The position numbers and the translations under genes were made by a program. From Octopus sinensis (Eukaryota): a stretch of DNA of 20,089 nt. The DNA is taken from assembly GCF_006345805.1 (NCBI RefSeq), contig NW_021824009.1:1-20089 (forward strand), given 5' to 3'. Every line of letters starts with the position of its first letter. Within the stretch, counting starts at the first letter, position 1. The notes beneath the pieces are model-generated. The model made no database searches, had not been told where the DNA came from, and worked only from the letters and a program-made list of their open reading frames with translations. Shown piece by piece: positions 1 through 9,878 of the stretch.

Positions 1-8
1 AAGAAAAG

Positions 9-51
<43 letters not shown>

Positions 52-374
52 GTAGTAGTAGTAGTAGTTGTTGTTGTTGCAGCAGGAGTAGTAGTTCTGA
101 GAGAAAAGGAAGAAGTATAAGAAGAAGCAGCAAAAAAAGAAGAAGAAGAAAAAGAAAAGAAGCAAAGAAATAACAGTAGCCGCAGCAGCAGCAGAAGAAG
201 AACAAGAATGAGAAAAAAATGGAGTAAAGAAGTGGCAGTAGCCGCAGTAGCAGCAGACGAAGAAGAAGAAGAATGAGAAAAAGAAAAGAAGCAAAGAAGT
301 AGCAGTAGCAGCAACAGAATAAGAATGAGAAAAAGAAGAAGGAGGAGGAGGAGGAAGAAGAGGAGAAGTAGTAA

Positions 375-416
<42 letters not shown>

Positions 417-700
417 AAGAAGAAGAAGAAGAAGGAGGAGGAGGAGGAGGAGGAGGAGGAAAAAAAGAAGAAGATGTAGGAGTAGAAGAAAAGATGAATA
501 ATAATTGTAGCGGAAGAAGAAGTAGAAAAAGGAGGGGAAATAGTACAAAATAGAAATAAATAAAATAAAATAAAATAAAATAAAAAGAAGGAAGAGTAAA
601 GATTGAAGCAAAACAGAACGAAGAAAAGAAAATATTAAGATGAAGAAGAACAACAAAACAGAAACAATAAAAACAAAAACAGTTTAGTACAACAAGACTA
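1..700. repeat. Compound trinucleotide microsatellite / purine-rich low-complexity tract: (ATT)n,(AGT)n,(GTT)n,(GAA)n,(GCA)n,(GGA)n,(AAAAT)n
   Basis: Successive triplet runs read directly; the 230-aa minus ORF is only their translation (poly-F/S/T/P/Y). Confidence 0.95.
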
Positions 701-1349
701 GTAATGGTTACCCGCTGGCTACCATCAGAATCAACATTCATACTAACCGAACCGTGGTGTTATTTAATTATATTATTCACAATTATCATATAATCTCATT
801 TACTGCCAAATAAGGCAGTAAACCGAAAAAGGAGAATACAAAGAATCCCACTATTTCTAGAATATTTGCAATTGGGGAAATATTTATTTGCTTTTTGATT
901 TCACTACATTTCTTAATTTTCAAATTAAGGAATTATCACGGAAATATAATTAAGAAATTAAATGCAATATCATTTATGAGACACACTTCGTATTTAATAC
1001 TTTCTTCTCGTTTGTATATAATAATTCGCAATTTTCTTTACTGATATATTTTTGTAATTTTAGTTAGGGATCTACCTCTAACACCGATTCGACAGACGCA
1101 TATGTCCTCCCGCCTGTTTCAATAAATAGACTATTTCCCATTCCTCTGGGTTTCACAATTTCTCTCTCTTCTTTATACCGTTAAAATTTCCACTTATTCC
1201 TTATTTTTTATAAAAATTATAAATTATAAAGCACAAAAAGGAAATGACTCTCCCCAGACACAACAGAATATGTTTCAACACACGAACTCACATAAAGAAT
1301 CTTACAAATCAAATCCAAAATCGAAATGTATATATATATATATATATTT

Positions 1350-1477
1350 CTGTGTTCCTTTCTGTAGAAGAGCGTAGAGCTCGAAACGTAAAAGACTATT
1401 TCTATTCCCTGAGCGTTATACTAATACATCTGTTTGTTTTGTACACCACCTGTCTTCGTCTTTGTTTTTTCCTCCGT
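1350..1477 (+). mobile_element. Short dispersed repeat carrying a degenerate minimal hammerhead-like motif, possibly a Penelope-like element terminal-repeat remnant
   Basis: cttt-CTGTAGA-A-GAGC gtaga GCTC-GAAA-CGT-A-aaag at 1358-1394, lying between (TA)n tracts. Family assignment is inference. Confidence 0.4.
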
Positions 1478-1486
1478 AAACTCTCC

Positions 1487-1612
1487 CTATATATTATATA
1501 ATATATATATATATAAATTTATTATATATTTTAATATATATATATATATATATATACATCCATACATACATACATACCTATACACACATACTCTACATTC
1601 ATACATACACAC

Positions 1613-1672
<60 letters not shown>

Positions 1673-1682
1673 TTTACATATA
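1487..1682. repeat. (TA)n/(TACA)n microsatellite
   Basis: Direct reading. Confidence 0.95.
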
Positions 1683-2016
1683 TGTAGCAAATAATTAGTT
1701 TTTTATTGGTATACAAGCTATTGCGACATCGGTTGTCTGGAAAAGATGTTGATGATTTTACATGGAAGGAAATCACCTGATATGAGACTTCCGGTTTCCA
1801 TGACTGCTACAATTATATGTACCTCTATTGATAATTCTATCGTGAAACAAATGTCGGTAAATACTGCAATTATATATATATATTATATATATATATATAA
1901 ACCTGAATACTGCGGGAAGCGTAAAACTCCTTGAATCATAAGGATAATTCACTCCAGTTTATCTGTTTTCACTCATTTTTTTTCGTTCTTTCTCGCATTG
2001 CGCCTCCACACACTCA

Positions 2017-2555
<539 letters not shown>

Positions 2556-3189
2556 GATGCTTGTTTTATTCATAGTGAAGAATGAAAAAAATATGCATAG
2601 CAAAACATTTTAGTCTAATGCTCTACTTGGTACACTTTTAACCGTTACCAATATATCCCAATGAATTAAATTAAAATTTTAAATTAAAACAAAGATAATT
2701 TTTTTTTATTAAGGGAGCTAAACGTCTTCATAAAAAAAAGACACCAGCAAAGAACCAAATTAAAACAGAAACCTACATAATTTGCGTCAATGGTTATGAT
2801 TAGTAGTGGTAACGCTTCAGTAATGGCCTAACTCAAGGGAATGTAGAAGAGATTTGCGGTTAATTCTCTGCCAGTCCTCTTCTTAGAGACAGATAGGCAT
2901 CCCAACGCTGTGGAACAGTCATTGAAAAGTTACTGAATCGAGAAAATTAATCAAAACTTCTTCAAGCGTTTAATCTGTAAAACCTCTCATTGAAACGGTC
3001 AAGTTGGTAATCGGATATGAAATTTTATTTGAGATATTTTCTTGCTCTAGCGGCGTTAATATCTAGGAGATTGTATTTAACGGGATGCTGTAGTGCAAGA
3101 AACAGGCTAACAGGGCTTCAGTAAACAAGGGTTCAATATCTAGGTTGTTTGCAGTTATGGTTTTTAAAGGGAGCACCTTTTACTGAGAT

Positions 3190-3322
3190 GTAATTAGTTA
3201 TCAGAGAACCAGCGTGACCTGGTAAACTCTTGATCACAGGGTTCGATTCCCGATCCGGAAGCATGTTATGAATTTGTGAAAGTAACGTTTACTCCTTGTT
3301 CCTGCAGTACACTCAGCTGGCT
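3190..3322 (+). mobile_element. Degenerate tRNA-derived SINE 5' part
   Basis: B-box-like GGGTTCGATTCCCG at about 3239-3252, followed by actcagctggc, which matches the body motif of the better-preserved minus copies at 4069-4312 and 12474-12600. Confidence 0.5.
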
Positions 3323-3379
3323 ATTAATATATATATATATATATATATATAACATAATATTAAGTGATATTCCGACGAG

Positions 3380-3515
3380 TGTTCCAGCCATCCGATCAAC
3401 AAAACAGCCTGCTCATGAAATTAACGTAAACGTGGCTGAGCACTCTGCAGACACATGTACTCTTACCTAAGTTCCCAGGGAGATTCAGCGTGACAGAAAG
3501 TGGCAATGTTGGCCC
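3380..3515 (-). mobile_element. SINE 3' portion (octopus-type family)
   Basis: gtggctgagcactc...gggagattcagcgtgac...gttggccc; recalled as the segment that continues into the sequence at 12474 (ttcagcgtgtaacaaggtcggc). Confidence 0.55.
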
Positions 3516-3576
3516 ATGATATAATATAACATAATATAATACATAAACTGATATAAAACAATATAGTAGTGCGTTT

Positions 3577-3795
3577 AAGGCGGTGAGATGGCAGATAGTT
3601 AGCATGCCGGGAAAAATGCTTAACATCATTTCCCCCGTCTCTACGTTCTGAGTTCAAATTCCGCCGAGGTCAACTTTACCTTTCATCCTTTCGGTCTCGA
3701 GAAAACAAGTACCAGTTGAACCCTGGGGACGATGTAATCAACTTATCCACTCCCTTCCCGAAATTCTTGGTCTTGTGCCAAAATTGAAAAGCAAT
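3577..3795 (+). mobile_element. tRNA-derived SINE (aaggcggtgagctggcaga family), near full length
   Basis: A-box-like TGGCAGATAGTT, B-box GAGTTCAAATTCC; body tttcatcctttcgg...aagtaccagttg homologous to the copies at 16816 and 17381. Confidence 0.85.
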
Positions 3796-3869
3796 ATAAT
3801 AATGGATATAAAAGAGGAACACATCGCTCGCCATAAAACTTAGGCCATCTTCTCGACTCCGTCAATAGC

Positions 3870-3943
3870 ATCTATTAGAGATCTAGGCCAACCAATGCCT
3901 TGTGAATGAATTCAATAAGTAGAAACTGTGTGGAAGTACCCCG

Positions 3944-3945
<2 letters not shown>
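3870..3945 (+). mobile_element. SINE internal segment ending in a microsatellite
   Basis: ggccaaccaatgccttgtgaatgaatt...agaaactg; a similar degenerate segment lies on the minus strand at 8140-8225. Confidence 0.45.
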
Positions 3946-4025
<80 letters not shown>

Positions 4026-4026
4026 C

Positions 4027-4065
<39 letters not shown>

Positions 4066-4068
4066 AAT
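3946..4068. repeat. (CA)n(TA)n(AAT)n compound microsatellite
   Basis: Direct reading. Confidence 0.95.
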
Positions 4069-4311
4069 GCGCCCTTTTAAAGCCTAGCCAGGCTCATGGG
4101 CCCGGATTCCTGGTTTTAACGGCGTATGTGTTCCCCAGCTTGACGGGACGCCAGTCCATCGCAGCGTTACTCATTTTTGCTAGCTGAGTGGACTGGAGCA
4201 ACGTGAAACGAAGTGTTTTGTTCAAGAACACAACGCGTCGCCAGGTCAGGAATCGAAACCACAATCATACGTTCATGATGCTGACACCCTAACCACTAAG
4301 CCACGCGCCCC

Positions 4312-4312
<1 letters not shown>
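4069..4312 (-). mobile_element. tRNA-derived SINE with CORE-like central motif, apparently full length
   Basis: Minus strand reads GGCGCGTGGCTTAGTGGTTAGG (A box)...GTTTCGATTCC (B box)...gttcttgaacaaaacactt...tccactcagctag. It resembles tRNA-derived SINEs described from Octopus (OK/OR types); exact family not assigned. Confidence 0.85.
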
Positions 4313-4365
<53 letters not shown>

Positions 4366-4490
4366 TTGTGTGCGTGTGTGTGTGTATGTTTGTACAGACA
4401 CACATACACATATGCATACACATACATTCATATGTGTGTATGTATTATATGTATGTGTGTATGTTTGCATGTGTGTCTGTGCGTGTGTAC
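4313..4490. repeat. (TA)n(TG)n and degenerate (CATA)/(TATG) microsatellite
   Basis: Direct reading. Confidence 0.9.
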
Positions 4491-5119
4491 ATGCCTTTGT
4501 TTCGACATTCTTTCGCAACTGGTATTGGTTTGTTTATTTTCTGATAGCGTCGTAGTTCGGCAAAAGAGACGAAAACATAAAACAAAACACCCCACCCACT
4601 AGAAATACTAGACTTAAAACAATAAATAATATAGTGGTGTCGGTTGTGTTCGATGAAACCATTAAAGCATGCTCCTCCTTGAAGGATATAATAGTTTAAG
4701 AATAAAAAAATAAAAACGAGTATCTCATTTTCTCTTTTGTATAAATTTGAACATTTCATATCGTGAAGCGGAGGAAGGAAACTCAGATTTGAAAAGCCAC
4801 TCAACAATAGAAACAGCTTAGATTTCAAAAAAGAAATGTTATGGTTTCATCATTTATCCAGTCAGTTTTAATTTTTAAAATATTAACTCTAAAATGTAAA
4901 TGACAAGAAAAATAATTTGCAGTATAAGAATTTATGTATGAAGAAATGTATCATAATATTTTAGATTGGTGGGCGGCAATAATTGGTTATTTCGGAGATA
5001 TGCCTGTCTGGAAAGTGATTTGATCTGAGACTGTGTGCAGAAATTAAAACTATAGAGGCATTTTAGCTAATTTTAAAAAAATCACATAGAAGTTGCTAAT
5101 TTTATTTTCATATTTATAA

Positions 5120-5232
5120 TTTGGCGTCAACATTTTCGTCGCACCAACTGCGATTTGGTCAGTTATGCGAGACGCGTGCTAACATGTCAGTGACCAAGTC
5201 GCAGTTGGTGCAGCAAAATTTTTGACATCAAA
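5120..5232. repeat. Imperfect inverted repeat, 42-nt arms (5120-5161 / 5191-5232), 29-nt spacer
   Basis: tttggcgtcaacattttcgtcgcaccaactgcgatttggtca pairs with tgaccaagtcgcagttggtgcagcaaaatttttgacatcaaa; 37 of 42 positions pair when 3 G-U pairs are counted. Confidence 0.9.
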
Positions 5233-5318
5233 TAATCTAATAATAAACGTTTCAGTGGTGTTAACAGGATTTCTTTTTCCGTGTGTGTGTTTTTTATGAC
5301 TAAAATGTGTCTTCCGTT

Positions 5319-5425
5319 AGGCAGCGAGGTGGCAGAGTCGTTACCTCACCGGAAAAAAATGCTTAGCAGCATTTCTTCTGACTTTACGTTCTGAGTTCAA
5401 ATGCCATCTAGTTCGACTGTGCCTT
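5319..5425 (+). mobile_element. SINE 5' half (same family as 3577 and 16816), truncated
   Basis: ggcagcgaggtggcagagtcgtt...gagttcaaatgcc...gttcgactgtgcctt, then an abrupt switch to the retrotransposon ORF. Confidence 0.75.
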
Positions 5426-5426
5426 G

Positions 5427-6275
5427 TATGGAACCCACCATTCGAAAGCTGGTATCAATCGGATGTACTTGAAGAGGTACCAGGCTGGAATAGGTTTAAT
5501 TGGTTGGGAAGAGTGTGATGTAGATGGAACGAAACATCTTACTTGATTATTATGAAACATAACAAAAAAGTTAAAAGTTACAAAAGAACAGGTGATCAAA
5601 ACTGGAAAAGGTGAAAAGAATAAAAATGAAATTCAGAGGTTGAAGAGAAACCTTTGCATGATCAGTTTTTAAAAGCTACTGAGGATGTGTGTGGAACAAA
5701 GTCCTGGGCTTCGTTGAAAGAAGGACAATTGAAAAAAGAAACAATGTGCCGTATTTAGCAGCTCCAGCACTACAAACAAACAAACAACAAAAGAAAATAT
5801 GTGCATGGGGACAAGGTGTCGACAACTTGTGGGGTTTGGGATGAAACAAAGGCACACATTGTTGCAGAATGTCCCAAGCTGGACCAGGAAGAATGTAAGA
5901 AATGGAGATATTGTCAAGTTGTGGGTTATACACTGGGAAATTTGTCGAAAATAGTAGTAGTGGGGTGAAACAAGAAGTTCATGGTACAAGCGTCGGATAA
6001 AAAGAGTACTTGAGTTGGGAACATGCAGGATTTTGTGGGATTCTCCTTTTCAGATGTATAAGATGGAACATAACAAGCCAGTTATTACAGTAACAGACAA
6101 GGAAAGTCGAATTTGCATACTGATTGATCTGTCATATCAATCGGACATGATACTAGGATTGTGAGGAAAGAAGTTGAAAAATTGAAAATTAGAACCCCTT
6201 AAAATTAGAGATTGCGAGTATTTAGAAAATGAAATCTGTAAAGATTGTACTGTGATAATTGGTGCAATTAGGGAC
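5427..6275 (+). pseudogene. Decayed R4/Dong-like (RLE-type) non-LTR retrotransposon ORF, C-terminal part: post-RT region, CCHC-knuckle region and restriction-like endonuclease
   Basis: Manual translation across frameshifts and stops: YGTHHSKAGINRMYLKRYQAGIGLIGWEEC; KSWASLKEGQLKKET; TCGVWDETKAHIVAECPKLDQEECKKWR; IHWEICRK; SWYKRRIKRVLELGTCRILWDSPFQMYKMEHNKPVITVTDKESRICILIDLS; LEIASI*KMKSVKIV; VIIGA. These match, in order, the R4/Dong motifs RLYxxRxxGGRGL, CxxC..ETxxHI..C, RH..IHW, ILWD..HNRPD..ID and KY..L..EI..W..VIIGALG. Confidence 0.9.
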
Positions 6276-6296
6276 TTTGAGTGAGGAAATAGAAAA

Positions 6297-6342
6297 ACGA
6301 TCGCGAACCTAATTCCCTAACCACTAAGCCATGCGCTTTCAC
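6297..6342 (-). mobile_element. SINE tRNA-like head fragment (same family as 4069-4312)
   Basis: ccctaaccactaagccatgcgc matches ccctaaccactaagccacgcgc at 4287-4308. Confidence 0.75.
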
Positions 6343-6399
6343 ATAATATAATATAACATAATATAACATAAAATGATATAAAACAATATAGTAATGTGT

Positions 6400-6465
6400 T
6401 TAAGGCGATGAGATGGCAGAATAGTTAGCGTGCCGGGAAAAATACTCAACGGCATTTCCTCCGTC
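6400..6465 (+). mobile_element. SINE 5' fragment (same family as 3577)
   Basis: taaggcgatgagatggcagaatagttagcgtgccggg...ggcatttcctccgtc. Confidence 0.75.
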
Positions 6466-6624
6466 GAAGACATTCGGGAAGGGCACCCTTCTCCCTCTCA
6501 AATTCACTAATCTATAGGCGCATTATTAAAGTAGATCCACTCACACGGACCATTTTCGCTACATTCCCCCACCTTTTAGCAAATGTACTGGGAGGCAACA
6601 CTTCTCACTCCACCCACATCTCAC

Positions 6625-6939
6625 CTTTCCAAGTGAAATTTGAAAAAGTTGATGAGGAATTGGCTGAAGAGAAAAGTGTGTCTTCAGTCCTTTTAACCTG
6701 GTTCACCATACAACCTCTTTCGCTGCTGTTGTCAGATAAGAAAATTTCCTGCTCTTCCGGACCGATGGAAGGCAGCGGATCGATCTTCACCATGGACTCG
6801 GATCCGTCCTTCACGTAATAACAGCTGCTCAACATAAATCCACAAGTCAGTAATGCAAGGACACTGGACGAGTGCGTGCAGAACGGTTTCGTCGCTCTGC
6901 GCGCATCTCGGTCAGGTCCGTCTGACAGTACTTCCGTGT
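6625..6939 (-). CDS. Candidate host-gene exon (315 nt, phase 1-1 in the open frame), product unidentified; could instead be a 5'UTR+start exon beginning at Met 6835 or 6793
   Basis: Minus strand: acceptor ctctacAG|, donor GGAAAG|GTGAGA. Length is a multiple of 3 and one frame is fully open: (D)TEVLSDGPDRDARRATKPFCTHSSSVLALLTCGFMLSSCYYVKDGSESMVKIDPLPSIGPEEQEIFLSDNSSERGCMVNQVKRTEDTLFSSANSSSTFSNFTWK. Visibly richer in GC and CpG than its flanks and not repeat-like. The polypyrimidine tract is weak. Confidence 0.5.
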
Positions 6940-8139
6940 CTGTAGAGTTTTATCTCGAACCGGCAGTGCCCCTCGGTAGCATTGCCAAGCTAGGGATTTC
7001 TGGAAGTTATCCATAAATACAATTTGTGAATGTTTGTTTCACTAAATGTACCGAGTTTTTATCGTACTGCAGACATAACTGGAAAGGCACTCAGCTGAGA
7101 TCAATAAATGATTATCACACATCAGTAGACGAACCTCATTGACAACAGAGAATCAATGGATTCTACTTATCTTATACAAGTGAGATGGATAAAATCGATT
7201 GATTATTATTTTTTTTTTTTTCGTTTCGTCATATTTCTAAAAAAAATTTTCAACACGAGAGTATATATAAAGTTTCAGGACTGATTTTATGTAGATGAAA
7301 ATAAAGACAAATTGTTCGGAACTAACCTCTTTTTTTAGATGAACCCTAAAACATAACGAGAAAAACTAACTTCTTTTAGAGTGGAGCTATATTATCATAT
7401 ATAAAATTTCGACTACTGATTCTTAGGTATGAATTAATACATCTACACTTTGCTTTTTGTGTTTAGCACTCTGTATATTTTATGCAAATATACTCTCATA
7501 TTTAGAGCAAAATAATATTAATTCATGCAGCGCATTCTGGTTCATCTACAAAAGAAACAAAATGAAAAATAAAAAAAGGAAAAGGTATTTCCGAAGATAA
7601 TTTTACTTGTAATCCAAGCTGTCAATTTAGTAAAGAAGTGGGATTTTATTCGTTTCGTGGAAATCCATATTCATAAACGTCCGTGTTTATTATGCCACAG
7701 CTTTTTAAGTTCTTTTGTCTTCCTAACGTTGCAGAAATTACAAAAATCTAAGCTAAGTCAGAATACAAAAAATAAACTTGCACAGATCGTATCATGTAGT
7801 AAAGAAAAGACGTTAACTGAAAATACCAGTTTTAAAATACAACGAATAGATACGTTTGCAAAAAAAAACCCCAAAAAAACAAAAGCAAAAATAAACAGGA
7901 AGCTAGATTCCATGTGTGAGGTGAGTGTAATGTACGGAAATGGAGACGAGTGGAAAAATATGCAGTGAAGATACATTACTATTAGAACTTTTAAGATATT
8001 TGAGGAGCGCTCTGAAACGTTACGTTGTTCTGCAAAATAAGTTGGCGGACTATAGATGCAGTCAGCATGAAATATGTTAACACTAACGTAACTATTGTTT
8101 TTTATGCAGATGAGATGTCTGAGTTAATCCCTAACACAC

Positions 8140-8225
8140 GCATAAGATGGTCCTTTTTCATTTTCCATTTACGAAATCTACTCACAAGTCTGGTCGTCCC
8201 GAGGCTCCATGTAGTGGACTGCATT
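8140..8225 (-). mobile_element. Degenerate SINE internal segment
   Basis: Minus strand gagcctcgggacgaccagacttgtgagtagatttcgtaaatggaaaatgaaaaagg is similar to 3880-3945. Confidence 0.45.
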
Positions 8226-8350
8226 CGGATGCTTATAGCTGGAAAGCAGGTTTCTTTATTTCATATAATTTGCCACAAGGGCATCACACAGATAGAAGCT
8301 TTGCGGGCTGACACGGACATTAATGGATGAATGATAATGATGCAAAAATG

Positions 8351-8356
<6 letters not shown>

Positions 8357-8403
<47 letters not shown>
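8357..8403. repeat. (TA)n microsatellite
   Basis: Direct reading. Confidence 0.95.
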
Positions 8404-8408
<5 letters not shown>

Positions 8409-9807
8409 TATATTTGTATTTATTGATGTTAATTGATTAGAAGAAAGTATCAGTGATTCCAGTCAGTAATTGAACTTCGATACCTGACTGAAGCTATATA
8501 ATATTATTTAAAATGCTATATAGATAAATAAATAAATGAAACATATAGAACATAACACATTTGCTAAGAATTGTTTTATATATTTCTAATCTTGGTTATT
8601 ATGAAAATTAGTTAAACCAGAAAACACATCAATGATCTCCGTAAACACTTTTCTAGTTGGAGATGAAACGATGAAAAATTGTTAAAAAAGCAAAATAGAA
8701 GAAAGCACAGCTCAATAAAAGATACTGTATATGAAATTTGCATGAAATTTGATTCAAAGTGTTTCTCAAAAGGAGGCGTTATACATGGAAGAAGGAAAAA
8801 AAATTTCTGTCATTCGTAACATTTTAAAATTAATCTTCTACGAAAAATAAATAATAGGACCGTTAAATATATTGCTTTACCTAAAGTGAAGCATCTTATA
8901 AAAAGCTCTTGTAATTTCATTTTATCACGTTAGCAATTACATCCTCCACGTTCTAATTATATCGCTACATGTTTACAATTTCAGATGATCTTTTGAAATA
9001 ATTTCATCATTCATCTTCTCTTTCTGGCATTTTTTTGTTTTCCAAGAGAGAGAGACTAAGTAGATTTTATACATTCTTTCAATCTCTCTCCTACACGGAT
9101 TAACACATTGTCTCGTACAAATACACACACGTATAGACACGCACACAAACGTGTATTAATTCATAGTATCACGTAGTAATTAATATTCACATTCACACAT
9201 GCACACACATACAGAAGAGACACACATGCACACATATTCAGAATATACACGCATGAACATCATTATATGGCGAAACTAAAGGTTGTTTTCCAAGCCTTCA
9301 GCATAAATGTTGTAAGCCCATCCTCATAGCAAAAATCTCTTTCCCAAAAGGCACGCCCACCAATAATCCCTTCCATTCGAAGCATACATACTGATGTGAC
9401 ATATTCTGTCGTGTAAGTTGGCGCCGAAAATACCCAGCTTAATAAATATAATGGAAAGACTTATAAGTCAACGAGTGTTTCGTTAACTTTTAGAACCGAG
9501 TTAAAGTTCTGTTACACCTAGCAAAAACAAACGAAATCTAAGAGGTTTCTTGTTAGTTGAAAATGCAAATGCTTCGTCTCAAAATTATCAAATTTCTAGT
9601 TTATTTTTAATTGTGATTCTACGACAATTAAAGCAATTATGAAGCATTCTCATGTCCAAGATGACCCAACAATAAAATAAGAGAAATAAGATAATTATAT
9701 ATTTATTTGCTAATGTATTAATTAATTGCACTTTTACAATGAATCAAAGATACTTCTTGAGAAATTACGGGTCAGAGATAGCCAGCAAAGCGTTAAATAT
9801 ATGTAAC

Positions 9808-9808
9808 G

Positions 9809-9877
<69 letters not shown>
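9808..9877. repeat. (TA)n microsatellite abutting the LINE 3' end
   Basis: Direct reading. Confidence 0.95.

Positions 9878-9878
<1 letters not shown>

Noticed and set aside
49-741. 230-aa minus-strand ORF
   Set aside because: Translation of triplet microsatellites; no domain content.
1770-1860. cctgatatgagac...gtgaaac as another hammerhead
   Set aside because: The core has extra bases (CUGAUAUGA) and I could not find convincing stems I or III; likely just a dispersed repeat.
2720-3180. Possible downstream exon of the minus-strand gene
   Set aside because: Frames I translated hit stops quickly and no convincing splice pair was seen.
3190-3262. Possible tRNA gene
   Set aside because: B box only; no acceptor stem or cloverleaf, and it runs into SINE body sequence.
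4273-4828. ORFs rich in CV/HT/YI
   Set aside because: Dinucleotide-repeat translations.
5408-5989. Minus-strand ORFs of 63-106 aa
   Set aside because: Antisense shadows of the plus-strand R4/Dong-like relic.
6633-6818. Plus-strand 61-aa ORF
   Set aside because: Antisense to the better-supported minus-strand exon; no splice or homology support.
7657-8330. Plus-strand ORFs of 103 and 101 aa as genes
   Set aside because: Low-complexity K/N-rich sequence, overlap with a SINE fragment, no recognisable motifs.
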